Positions 38,472 through 50,791 of a stretch of 64,000 nucleotides of DNA are shown here, piece by piece. The DNA lies in assembly GCA_951406725.2 (NCBI GenBank), contig OX597817.1, positions 54,684,001-54,748,000 of the forward strand. The letters are read 5' to 3'. The translations under genes were made by a program, and so were the position numbers. The DNA comes from Octopus vulgaris (Eukaryota). The notes below the pieces were generated by a model that was not told the DNA's origin, made no database searches, and saw only the letters and a program-made list of their open reading frames with translations. Within the stretch, counting starts at the first letter, position 1, and each line of letters opens with the position of its first letter.

Positions 38472-41400
38472 CACACACAAAAAATCCAAGCCCCTTGCAA
38501 CAGTCAAAACCAGCCACTACACTAACCTCCACATTCCTACTCAATGCACAAGGTGTCAGCCCTTCCATCAATGCACAAAAATGGAAGGTCCAATTCATTG
38601 AAGACTGGGTTGGTAACCATTCACACCACATCCCTTTCTTCATTCTCACTGAGACCCACCTTGACAACTCCCACTTGGAAGCCGAAGTGAGAGTGAAGAA
38701 TTTCACAACCATCCGCGCGGATCGTATCGGCAGGAGGAAGGGTGGAACTGCCATTTTACTGCATGATTCATTTACGGCAGATGGAAATAGTATATTCTCC
38801 AACGGCTACTGTGAATCAGTCACCGTGCACAACAAAGCCAATGACCTGACAGTAATTGGGTTCTATAGGCCGCCCCAAACACCCATACTGTGCTTTCAAG
38901 AATGCCTCAACAGCATTAAGTGCTTTATTCAACAGTGCCATTCTAGCAACATACTCATGATGGGAGACTTCAATCTACCCTGTGTTGACTGGACTACAAA
39001 CTGTTTGAAACCAAGCACTCCCGCCTCAACCGCTGACAAAGAAGCAGCAGAGTCACTTTTCGACTTTACGAATGAGTTTTTCTTGTCCCAACTTGTCCTT
39101 GCACCAACAAGACATCAGAACATTTTGGACCTAGTGTTTAGTAACCACACTAACACTATACATAACGTTACAGTGGAAAAAACCCTTCTTTCAGACCATG
39201 ACATGGTTCTCTGTAACATGAAATTCCACCAGCCGAAAGCTAATCCTAGTGACCTTCCTCCAGCCCACCCATTTGACAACATGGATCTCCATAAAGCCAA
39301 CTGGGATGCAATCAGGAACGAGCTATCAAATGTTGACTGGTCCTTTACACATACACACATCTCCACCAACCATAAAACATCTTGGCAGATCTTTGTAGAC
39401 ACCGTCACAGTCATATGTGCAAAACACCCCCCACCAAGACCTGTGAACAAAAAGTGCAGAATCCCCCAAAACAGAAAAACCATTATCAGAAAAATAAAAA
39501 GAACAAACAAAAAAATTAACAAACTAAAGTACTGCCAACAGCAACACACACATTCGACGGCTATCGCACTGCTTGAATCCAAAAAATATAACCTCCAACA
39601 ATGCATGAAGACCCTCATCAATAACCAAAGATCAGCTGAGGAGAAGTGGGCCATTGAAAAAATCAAACTCAACCCCAAAGTGTTCTTTTCATTTGCGAGG
39701 AAACGCAGGGTCACTGTCTCCACTGTAGGCCCTCTAATTGACGAAACTGGCACTCTCCAAGATAATGCCAAATCCATGGCCGAGATACTGCAGAAACAAT
39801 ACTGCTCTGTTTTCAGCAATCCTGATATGGCCGATCTGGGCTGTATCAGTGATGTCAACCCCCAACACACTATATCGGACATAACGTTTAGTGCCCCTGA
39901 TGTCTTAGCGGCGATAAACGAAATAAAACACAATCCAGCAGTAGGCCCCGATAGGTTCCCTGCTTGTGTCCTGAAGGTGTGTCGACACCAACTTGCATCT
40001 CCCCTTGCTAATCTGTGGAGAAACTCACTGGATGCTGGCTATATTCCAAAAAACCTTCTGTCCCAGTCTGTTGTCCCAGTTTTCAAAAAGGGAAACAAGT
40101 CCCTTGCAGTGAATTACCGTCCGATCTCACTCACCTCTCATATCATCAAGGTATTTGAGAGGGTGGTGAGATCTCGAATAACCCAATTTCTGGAAAGCAA
40201 CAGACGGCTGATCTCCAACCAACATGGGTTCCGTAATGGAAGGGACTGCCTAACGCAGCTCCTGCATCACTTTGAGGACATTTTGAGAGCTTTGGGAGAG
40301 GGCTCCAACACCGATGTCATCTACCTTGATTTCAGTAAGGCCTTCGACAGGGTCGATCACAAGATCCTATTGAAAAAACTATACAACATTGGTGTCTCTG
40401 GAAAGTTACTGAAATGGATCAAGTGTTTCCTGACAGACAGATCTCAACATGTTGTAGTTGAAGGGGTAAAATCAAGCCCAGCCAAAGTCAGTAGTGGCGT
40501 TCCGCAAGGCACTGTGCTGGGCCCACTTCTTTTCATCATTTACATTAATGACATTAATGACATCATCAAGCACAGCAACATAAAAATCTTTGCAGATGAC
40601 TCCAAGCTACAGAAGGTCATAAATGAGGCGAGTGACCGGACATGCCTTCAGTCAGATCTACTGGCTGTTATCCAATGGGCAGAAAAAAACAATATGCTGC
40701 TGAACGAGGATAAATTTGAGCTAATCCACTTTGGAAAAGAGGATGCCCTGAAACTCCCATACTCCCTTCCTTCAGGTGAAACTCTCGCGGCGTCCAACAA
40801 CATCAGAGACTTGGGAGTAATTGTGGACAACAACATAAGCTGGGCCACTCATATAAACACCAAAGTTGACATGGCCCGCAGAATGTGTTCCTGGATTCTC
40901 AGAACTTTCCAGTCGAGAGATATCCACACCATTATCCTTCTCTTCTCCACTTTTGCCCGACCCCACCTTGAATACTGTTGTCCACTGTGGTCTCCCCACA
41001 CAATACAAGGTATCATAAAAGTTGAAGCACTTCAAAGGGCAATCACAAAAAAGATAGATGGCATGACAGGCCTCGACTATTGGGGTCGACTAGAAAAGCT
41101 AAAACTCTATTCTCTCCAACGTCGTCGTGAGCGCTACATCATCTGCATGATGTGGAAAATATTCCATCAGCATTGCCCAAATGATGTTGGCATCACCTTT
41201 AAGGTACATCCAAGGCTTGGGCCCCGTGCCATCCGCCCAAAACAAAAATCGCACTCTCATCTCATAACAACAATACGGCACAATTATTTCACCTCAATTG
41301 GCCCCGCTCTCTTTAACATTACACCAAAACACATTAAAACAGAAACTGACCCTATAGGGTTCAAGAAGTCTTTGGACAGATTCCTTCAAGAAATCCCGGA

Positions 41401-41476
41401 TAAACCCCCTACACCCGGATATGTCTCTGTAAACAATAACTCTCTACTTGAGTGGGCCATAGTGCCCAAATTCTGA
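38441..41476 (+). CDS. LINE ORF2: AP endonuclease plus reverse transcriptase (CR1 group)
   Basis: APE motifs NAQG, TETH, YRPP, GDFN, SDHD; RT motifs YRPISL, QHGFR, YLDFSKAFD, GVPQGTVLGPLLF, FADD; CR1-type tail RPHLEYCCPLWSPH, LQRRRER. The annotated start is GTG, not ATG. Confidence 0.95.
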   Translation: MHQFPTLLPLTHTKNPSPLQQSKPATTLTSTFLLNAQGVSPSINAQKWKVQFIEDWVGNHSHHIPFFILTETHLDNSHLEAEVRVKNFTTIRADRIGRRKGGTAILLHDSFTADGNSIFSNGYCESVTVHNKANDLTVIGFYRPPQTPILCFQECLNSIKCFIQQCHSSNILMMGDFNLPCVDWTTNCLKPSTPASTADKEAAESLFDFTNEFFLSQLVLAPTRHQNILDLVFSNHTNTIHNVTVEKTLLSDHDMVLCNMKFHQPKANPSDLPPAHPFDNMDLHKANWDAIRNELSNVDWSFTHTHISTNHKTSWQIFVDTVTVICAKHPPPRPVNKKCRIPQNRKTIIRKIKRTNKKINKLKYCQQQHTHSTAIALLESKKYNLQQCMKTLINNQRSAEEKWAIEKIKLNPKVFFSFARKRRVTVSTVGPLIDETGTLQDNAKSMAEILQKQYCSVFSNPDMADLGCISDVNPQHTISDITFSAPDVLAAINEIKHNPAVGPDRFPACVLKVCRHQLASPLANLWRNSLDAGYIPKNLLSQSVVPVFKKGNKSLAVNYRPISLTSHIIKVFERVVRSRITQFLESNRRLISNQHGFRNGRDCLTQLLHHFEDILRALGEGSNTDVIYLDFSKAFDRVDHKILLKKLYNIGVSGKLLKWIKCFLTDRSQHVVVEGVKSSPAKVSSGVPQGTVLGPLLFIIYINDINDIIKHSNIKIFADDSKLQKVINEASDRTCLQSDLLAVIQWAEKNNMLLNEDKFELIHFGKEDALKLPYSLPSGETLAASNNIRDLGVIVDNNISWATHINTKVDMARRMCSWILRTFQSRDIHTIILLFSTFARPHLEYCCPLWSPHTIQGIIKVEALQRAITKKIDGMTGLDYWGRLEKLKLYSLQRRRERYIICMMWKIFHQHCPNDVGITFKVHPRLGPRAIRPKQKSHSHLITTIRHNYFTSIGPALFNITPKHIKTETDPIGFKKSLDRFLQEIPDKPPTPGYVSVNNNSLLEWAIVPKF

Positions 41477-41565
41477 CTTGAAAGACTTCACCAGGTGGTG
41501 CTATTAAGTTAGACATGGCCTGGGCCAATAATGGCCGAAACCTATCAAAGTATCAAAGTATCAAA

Positions 41566-41650
<85 letters not shown>

Positions 41651-41719
41651 CAATATTTGAGGGAATAAAATCCAAAACTTACAAGGAAAATTTAGAAATA
41701 CTAAATCACAATATAATAT

Positions 41720-42010
41720 ATATATATAAAAATTAGAAAAAAACCCTACCTTTTATCAATTCAAAATGAATAATTAAATTACACCATCTAGAAAATTACA
41801 TATAATAGAAATATTAACATTAAAATAACAATAAAATGTCAAAGATTAAGTAAATTGTAAAAAAAATAATGATAATAATAACGTATATAAATTGTAGAAT
41901 AACGACACGTGTTTCGTGGCTATATTTAAGAAATGATTATAGTGTTAGAGAAATCACTTCGATATAAATATAAATATAGTGACTATATCATACTTCATAT
42001 ATTTATCTAT
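41720..42010 (-). mobile_element. PLE terminal repeat fragment with degenerate HHR
   Basis: Minus-strand GAAAC-ACGT-GTC at 41904-41915 closing a long AT stem; CTGA core not intact. Confidence 0.45.
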
Positions 42011-42164
42011 TGATACAATATCATTTATATTATGGACGTGTATCTTCTGTGATTATTTGATGTAACTTTTCCTGTTTTTACTTTATAATAGCAGAGATAC
42101 CCGGCCTTGCTCGGAATTAAGCTAGCATAGTTTTTGTATTGTTTTACTTGGTAAAGACATGTAA

Positions 42165-42465
42165 ACTATGGCCATGCTGGAGCACCGTCTTTGGTCGAAA
42201 AAATTCGAACACAGGACTTATTCATTGTAAGCCCAGTACTTAAGCTGTTTGTCTTTTGCCGAACGGTTAAGTTATGAGATGGTGCATGAGGGGGAACAAA
42301 CACAGACACAAATACATACACACAGAATATACATATATATAGGATATACTGCACTCAATACCCTGATATGGCTTTGGTCAGCCCAAGTAGAAGACCCTTG
42401 CCCAGGGACTGAACCCGGAAACATGTGGTTAGCAAGCAAGCTTCTTAGCACACAGCCACGCCCGA
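42165..42465 (-). mobile_element. SINE family A (deleted)
   Basis: Head and tail segments recognisable. Confidence 0.7.
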
Positions 42466-42478
42466 ACCTATATATATT

Positions 42479-42562
<84 letters not shown>

Positions 42563-42564
<2 letters not shown>

Positions 42565-42760
42565 TAGGGAAAGTTTACGAAAAAAAACAAAAGACGAAGA
42601 CAGGTGGTGTACAAAACAAACAGATGTATCAGTATAACGCTAAGGAATAGAAAACAGTCTTTTACGTTTCGAGCCTACGCTCTTCTACAGAAAGGTACAC
42701 AGAAAAAACAAGGAGAGAAACAAGGAGAGAAAAAAAATGTGTGTAGTGGCTAACGATCTA
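42563..42760 (-). mobile_element. PLE terminal repeat fragment with HHR variant at 42659-42694
   Basis: CTTT-CTGTAGA-A-GAGC gtag GCTC-GAAAC-GTA-AAAG; lies between (TA)n tracts. Confidence 0.65.
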
Positions 42761-43012
42761 TCATGACGTATGGAATATATATATATACACAAACACACAC
42801 ATATATATATACATATATATACCTATATACATATATATATTATATATATATATATGCATATATATGTATATACACAAATATACATACACATATATATGTA
42901 TGGATATATACATATATATACATATATATACATACATATATATATTCATACATATACATATATGTATATGCATATATTTACACATGCATAAATATTTCAG
43001 TCCATTATAACG

Positions 43013-43044
<32 letters not shown>

Positions 43045-43195
43045 AGCGTGCAAATACTAGCTCAACAATAATAATACCATCAAACAATAATACATATATA
43101 CATGCATACATACATACACACACACACGTGTAGATATGTATGCCTGTATGTATGTATATATGTATGTATACATGCATGTATGTATGTGTGCATGC

Positions 43196-43267
<72 letters not shown>

Positions 43268-43489
43268 ATATATACCAACATACATATATATATCACTGAT
43301 TGTTTAAAATATTATTGAATATCAACTTCCGATAAATCAGACCGTCTACTACGTGTTTCAAAATGATAAACAAAATGATCGAGCTTAAGATTCCTAATGT
43401 CCTATATTTAGAGAATTCTGGGTGTGATTGGGGGAGGGTAGGTTGTTAGGGGCAAGTACAAGATTCCTCTTTGTGTATGTATTGATTCT

Positions 43490-45450
43490 CTGTATTTTGA
43501 GATCAGATCCCGCCGAGGTCAACATTATTTATCTTTCCGGGTCAATAAATTCTGACATTTTAGGAAGCTGTATTATTAGGACTGTAAAGAAGTCGGACCG
43601 GCTGCCTTGCGGTGTCTATCTCAGCCCATTGTCATTTGAGTTCAAACATCACCATGATCTACGTGGATGTTAATCCTTAATCAACGAGTTCCAATTTCGC
43701 CGAGGTCAACTTTGAATTTCATCCTTTCGGAAACGTTGAAATAAGTACCCGTTACGCACTGGTGGGAGGTGTTAATGAAATCGATTTTCCTGCTCCTCCA
43801 AATTCCAGGCCTTGTGCCTAGAGTAGAAAAGAATCGTTGGCACGCCGAGCAAAATACTTAGCGGAACGTCTTTCGTCCTTACGTTCAAATTCCACCGACG
43901 TCGACTTTGCCTTTCATCATATCGAGATCGATAAAATAGATACAAGTTGAACAGTGGGGTCGAGATAATCGACTTTCTCTCTACTACAGAATTGCTGGCC
44001 TTGTACCAAAACGTGAAATCAATATTCATTATTTGATTTTGTTGTTTACAATTTGGCTTTCAAATAATCATTACTACATAGACCCCAGTAGCCAACTGGT
44101 AATCAACTTATCGACCTCGAAAAGATGAAAGCAAAGTCGGCCTCGGCGTAATTTGAACTCAGAACTCAAAATAATGCCACCTTGTAGTTTTACATTCGCC
44201 TCCAATCATTAGCGTAATACCTTTCTAATTTCTATTTCCTAACAACCAAAGTTTTCCTTAGTCGATGTAATAAACAATTAAGGCGGTGAATTTGGCAGAA
44301 ACGTTAACGCGCCGGGCAAAATGCTTCGTGGTATTGCGTCTGCCGCTACGTTCTGAGTTCAAATTCCGCCGAGGTCGACTTTGCCTTTCATCCTTTCGGG
44401 GTCGATTAAATAAGTACCAGTTGCGCACTGGGGCCGATGTAATCGACTTAATCCCTTTTGTCTGTCCTTGTTTGTCCCTTCTGTGTTTAGCCCCTTATGG
44501 GTAGTAAAAGAAATAGGTATTTCGTCTCTCTTTTTGCTCTGAGATCGACTTTGCCTTTCATTCTTCCGGGGTCGACAAATTAAGTACCAATTGTGTACTG
44601 GGGTCGATCTAATCGACTGAAACCCCCACCCCAAAAATTTCGGAAAAATTATACTTGATGCCTTGAATATAAATCAATAATGACATTTGACCATGCAGTG
44701 GACATCAAAACACCAAATGCTCAGTCTAAATAATGATTTCAAATTGTGGCAGACGGCCAACAACTTCAGGGGAGGGGATAAATCGATCAGATCGATCTCA
44801 GTGTTCAAGATGCATTTATTTTATTCGACCCTGAAAGGATAAAAGATAAATTCAATCTCAGCGGAATTTGAACTCAAAACAATGTTTCTATGCGATTTGA
44901 CCGGCGTGCTATCCGATACGATGAAAAGCAAAGTCAACCCCGGACTGAGAAGCTAAGAACGGACAAAATGATTTTATGAATTTGGACCGGCGTCCTAACG
45001 ACTCTGCCATCACGCCGCCTTGATCAGCTTAAATAATATTAAGAGATTCTTTTCTACTCTAGGCACAAGACCGAAATTTTGGGGGAGAGGGCCAGTCGAT
45101 TAGACCGAACCAGTACGTAACTGGTACTTAATTTATCGAATCCCGAGAGGATGGAAGGCAAAGTCGACCTCGGCGGAACTTGAAATCAAAGCGTAAAGAC
45201 AGACGAAATATCTATTTCTATTTCTTTACTACCCACAAGAAGCTAAACACAGAGAGGACAAACGAGTACAGACAAACGGAATAAGTCGATTATATCGACC
45301 CCAGTGCGTAACTGGTACTTATTTAATCGACTCCGAAAGGATGAAAGGCAAAGTCGACCTCGGCGGAATTTGAACTCACAACGTAACGGCAGACAAAATA
45401 CGGCTACGCATTTCGCCCGCCGTGCTAACGTTTCTGCCATCTCGCCGCCT
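43490..45450. mobile_element. cluster of at least seven SINE family B copies in both orientations
   Basis: Repeated gtcgactttgcctttcatcc bodies; dimer-like units at 44281-44645 (+) and 45045-45450 (-). Confidence 0.85.
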
Positions 45451-46113
45451 AAGAGATATCGTTTTTATAGATTTCTTTTTGATGCTTGATATTCTATGCG
45501 TTTCGTTTTTGCTTCAGTTAAAGGTAGGAAACGGATGGCAAAATACTCATGAACGCTTCATAGCCTATTAGAACCTGTTTATTCCGGATAATTGTCTTTA
45601 ATACTACTTTATCAATATCCACTTGCTTTTATGAGACAGTCGGGTGTAATTTCAATGAGATTTGGTTGATATTTCTTGTAGAAAGCCCTCAAGTAACGTG
45701 TTAATGTTGGTCTTGTCGATCGGTGCAATTATAATAATGACAGCTTCAACCCAACAGAAGAAGGATTAAAATGAATCCATTTCTGAGCCGCTGATCTTTC
45801 CCCCTGAAGCATTATCTAAAACAATATATCAAACCAAAATATCCAATGTTTTCTCTTTTGATGGAGATTTCACTAATAACTCAAACAAACAGAGCAACAA
45901 CAAAGCTGCCATAATGTTATGGCTGGTGTCCTTATTTCGCCCCAGACTGAAAAGCTTTCTTATTCATGCTGCTTTTTATTGTTGTCCTTGCTTAGCGTCA
46001 GACTACGCGGTTGCAACATAGTTGTTGTTGAGATTATTGTTCACCTTCTTTAGTTTCAAAACATGATTGAAATGTCTTGTAATTAAAAGCTGTGAAATCA
46101 CGAAAAGTATTAA

Positions 46114-46274
46114 GCGCAGGCGTGGCTCTGTGGTAAGTGGCTTGCTTAGCAAACACATGGTATCGAGTCCAGTCCCACTGCGTGGCATCTTGGGCAAGTG
46201 TCTTCTACTGTAGTCTCGGGCCAACCAAAGCTTTGTGAGGGTATTTGGTAGACGGAAACTGGAAGAAGACCGTC

Positions 46275-46341
<67 letters not shown>

Positions 46342-46660
46342 GTTAATCCAAACATGAACAAAGAGAAAACACAACAACGCGAGGACGTGGAACAAGTATA
46401 GTGTTATTGGACGCTCAGGAAAGGAAAGAAGGAGGATTTAACGTTTCGAGCAGAGCTCTTCGTCAGAAACATAGAAAAAGGAAAGGTCCAAGGAAGGGAA
46501 GACGGAGAAAGAAAATCGCCTACGATACGAACGCTGTCATCGTCAAAAGAGACCGATAGAACAGGTACTAGGCTTACAAAGAATAATTCTTGGGGTCGAT
46601 TTGTTCGACTTAAGGCAGTGTTTCAGCATGGCTGCAGTCAAATGACCGAAACAAATAATA
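46114..46660 (+). mobile_element. SINE family A interrupted by an antisense PLE repeat
   Basis: Head 46114-46277, tail 46543-46660, PLE fragment 46341-46520. Confidence 0.8.
46436..46470 (-). ncRNA. minimal hammerhead ribozyme (family 2), intact core
   Basis: GTTT-CTGACGA-A-GAGC tct GCTC-GAAAC-GTT-AAAT. Confidence 0.75.
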
Positions 46661-46683
46661 AAAACATACTTTATCCTCTAGGG

Positions 46684-47361
46684 CAGAGGTTCTCAATCGG
46701 GGCCTACGGTCCATACGATCCTTGGATTTCCATTTGACCAACGGATGTCTACATAGCACCTAGGAGTCCATAAAAATATTTCGTTGTTAAAGATTATCTT
46801 TTATCTTTTACTTGTTTCAGGCATTAGACTGCGGCCATGCTGCCGTAGCGCCTTGAAGCTTCAGTCGAATGTATCGGTCTCTGTTGCCGAACCGCTAAAT
46901 TACGGGGATATAATCACACTAGCACCTGTCGTCAAGCAGTAGTGGAGGGGGGGGGGGTAAACACACACACATACACAAACACACACTCGAATATATATAT
47001 ATATATACGGCGGGCTTCCTTCATTTTCCGTCTACCAAATCCATTCACAAGGCTTTGGTCAGCCAGAGGCTATAGTAGAAGACATTTGCCCAAAGAGCCA
47101 CACAGTGGAACCGAACCAGGAATCATGTGGTTGGGAAGCAAGATTCTTACCACACAAGTAGCCCTGCACCTATGCGCAATAGATTCTTTATACTTCTACA
47201 GTACACAGCATATTTTAACAACTTTTAAATATAATTTCTTATATTATTTAATCATAGAAATACAATAGGATTTTAAATCATGAAATGGCTATGAGGGTCC
47301 ATCTGTGGAAAATAGAAATCACAGTGGTCTGTCGGTTAAAAAAAATGGTTGAAAACCACTG
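46684..47361. mobile_element. hAT/Charlie-like MITE with nested SINE A (46800-47170, -)
   Basis: TIRs CAGAGGTTCTCAATC / GGTTGAAAACCACTG; 8 bp flanks ctctaggg / ttatagaa resemble NTCTAGAN. Confidence 0.65.
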
Positions 47362-48107
47362 TTATAGAACGTTATTTTCAAGAGAAATTTGATGTCTATT
47401 TCTAGCATAAGTAACAACCTCAAACAGGCTTCTCCATTAGCCTAGTATTACTCGCCTTGTCAATGGTATTACTACTTGCTTCATGAGGTTTTCTGTGTGT
47501 TGCAATATATGAGCTGTTTGGTAAACAATTCCATAAAATTTTCCCCTTTCCAGCAGTTCACCATAAATGCTTCGATGGCAAACATATTTCAAATTTTACT
47601 CCATTAAACTTAACCTCCATGTCGTATATTAGAAATAATATGCTAGAAAATTCTCCCATTAAATATACAATATTTTATTTAGATAAATAACGTAATGAAA
47701 AGATGAGATATGTAATGGCGTTTAAAAATCTAGAAATGTTACACAAATATTTGATGTATATATATATATATATGTGTGTGCATGTGTGCATCTATGTGCA
47801 TATTTGTAATCGATATTATATATTTATTCGTCTACATACATACATACATGCATACATATATATATACATACATATATATATATATGTGTGTATATATAGA
47901 TATGATATATAACTGTATATATGCATACACACGTACATACATTTATAAATGCATGTATATCGTATATGCACACACATGAATATCAATGAATACATACGCT
48001 TACCCCTATACGCTTAATCACGTACATGCATATGTGTGTGTGTGTTTGTGTGTATGTGTGTACACCTAAGTTCATATGTGTATACATATATGTATATCAG
48101 TTTGTCT

Positions 48108-48153
<46 letters not shown>

Positions 48154-48237
48154 ACTTGTATACATACATAAAGGCACATATATTTATGTATATATATACA
48201 TACATACTTATATATTTATGTGTATATACATGCATAC

Positions 48238-48290
<53 letters not shown>

Positions 48291-49421
48291 TATTCTTATA
48301 CTTACATATATATATATACACACACACCGAATATTTATATAGTTTTTCATAACTTCAAATCTAGATGATGCGGGCGAAAATTAATAGAAGTTTTGACACA
48401 GAATATGAAGAATTACAAAAAAATTCTAATCAAGCGCAAAGCCACAAAAACATTTAATTCAATAAAACTTCTTCCTTGATGCCGACCACTGTTGTTTATT
48501 AGGTATTTGATTATTTCTGCAATTCCATTTAGAGATACGAGGACGTTGAACATTTCAATTTTGCTTCACCTTAAATTATAAGACTTCTTGTCTCGAGAGG
48601 AAATCATTAATATCTGTTGGGTGAAGGCGATGGAGAAATGGAAGAAGTAGAAGGGAAGTGAAGTAGCTACCTGAAACTCATTAGTTACGTCAAACAGAGA
48701 TGTTTCGACCTGGTCGCTCGACCCGCTAGAAATAGCTGTTAGATATTAGGGAAGTGGACGAAAACGGCAGTTAATAATAAATAAAGCTCAAAATACACAT
48801 GACTCATGGACACACAAAGATATATAGATTATACTTATATACGTACGCACTCATAAACACGCAAATACAGGCACACCCACATTTGAATACGTCCATAAAT
48901 GTTTATCTTTAAGTCGAGTTATAATAATAACTTTTAATATTAAAGTGGAGCTTTACTCAATATTCTTTGTAGAGTGATTTCGAAGTCACCGTCACCAAAT
49001 TTCTTGCAGAAGTATAATATACATACATACATATATACACACACGCACACATATATATATATATATGTATGTATGTGTAAGTGTGAATGTGTGCGTATGT
49101 GCATGTGAGTTTGTGTGTGTGTATGTGTTTGTGTGCGTGTGTGAGTGTATACGCGTGTGTGAGCGTGTACATATATATATCTTTATATAGAGAGAGTTGG
49201 TCAAATGTCAACCGACAGTAAATCAAAACTATTTAATACCAAGATTTATTTATGTTTAACAACTGAATGAATTCAATAAAAACATCTAAATATGCAACAT
49301 CGTGAAAATTGTTCAAACTGAAGTCCTTCTTGAGCGACACATTTTTCCATTCGAGTCAATACAGAATTACAAATAGTATTTATGGAAGTTTGCTTTACTC
49401 TCGAGTGACTTTTGGGCAACC

Positions 49422-49469
<48 letters not shown>

Positions 49470-49561
49470 CATAATATAAATAATATAGATAATATGTTTA
49501 TATATATATATATATATATATATATGCATATATACATACGTATATGTACATACATCTATAC

Positions 49562-49608
<47 letters not shown>

Positions 49609-49720
49609 TATGTATGCACATGACGTCATGAAACGTGTACATCTAAAAATGCGAAGTACGAGTACATGGAATATGAACTATGTGCATACATATGTGTATA
49701 TCTATCTATCTATTTCTTTA

Positions 49721-49753
<33 letters not shown>

Positions 49754-49767
49754 TGATATAATATAAA

Positions 49768-49997
49768 GAAATGATTGAATATTAAATGTCCATTCTGATT
49801 GAACTTATATTTTCATGCATTAAACTATGCAATCCTCGGGTTCATTTGGTAGTGGTAACAGTTATGTTTTACAAGTTACAACTGTGGCGAGATGCAAATC
49901 ATATCTGTTACCACTACAACATGACCCTGAAGATTGCATAGTTTAATGCATGAAAGTACTAGTTCAATCATAATGGACATCTAATATTCTATCATTT
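49768..49997. repeat. inverted repeat (~95 bp arms), PLE-type terminal repeat pair
   Basis: 49768-49861 is the reverse complement of 49904-49997. Confidence 0.85.
49922..49966 (+). ncRNA. minimal hammerhead ribozyme (family 4)
   Basis: TGACC-CTGAAGA-T-TGCAT agttta ATGCA-T-GAAA-GTAC-TA-GTTCA; palindromic helix III AGTACT. Confidence 0.7.
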
Positions 49998-50131
49998 CAT
50001 TATATTACATTATATTATATTATATCATATTATTATAAGATTGTAAAAATAACGTGAAAATCAAAATTGGAATTTGCTTGAATAATATATTCTTCTATAC
50101 ACAATCATACATACCCGTGTGTATACACACA

Positions 50132-50216
<85 letters not shown>

Positions 50217-50739
50217 GAGACTGTTTGTATACCAGTTTCCATTAAGGGCAAGTGATAGAGTTAAACCGGGGAAAAGGATTTAGGCTCCACAATAGACATA
50301 ATGATTGTGATCTGTATGGCGGTGAGCTGGAGGGAATCTTAACACGAAAGGCAAAATGCCTAGCGAGATTCCGTCCGCTTTTACGTTCTGAGTTTATATT
50401 CTACCTAGGTAGACTTTATCTTTCATTTCGGAGACGATAAAATAAATACCAGCTGAGTATTGGGGTCGATGAAATCGATTTAACTCTCCACGAAATTGTT
50501 GGTCTTATGCAAAAGATTATAAATCATTACGATAGTGACCCACACAGTTTTGGATCATTACATTTCTTAGACAAGTCTGATCTTATGAGAGCAGTTTGAT
50601 GTTTGGATCATAAAATTTCATAGATAAATCTGATGTTTTGAGAAAACATCTTAACAAGCTTCCGGCGTAATTGCGCAACGAATTCTTCAACCAAACACCC
50701 AAACCTGGAACCATTTTCTCGTGTTCATTTACTAAATAC

Positions 50740-50791
<52 letters not shown>

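Larger units (their letters stand above)
36859..41567 (+). mobile_element. full-length CR1-group LINE (5' boundary uncertain)
   Basis: ORF1 plus ORF2, short 3'UTR with hairpin GGCCA-ATAA-TGGCC and (TATCAAAG)3 tail followed by (TA)n. Confidence 0.85.

Noticed and set aside
39115-39933. 272 aa antisense ORF inside LINE ORF2
   Set aside because: Shadow frame of ORF2 with no motifs.
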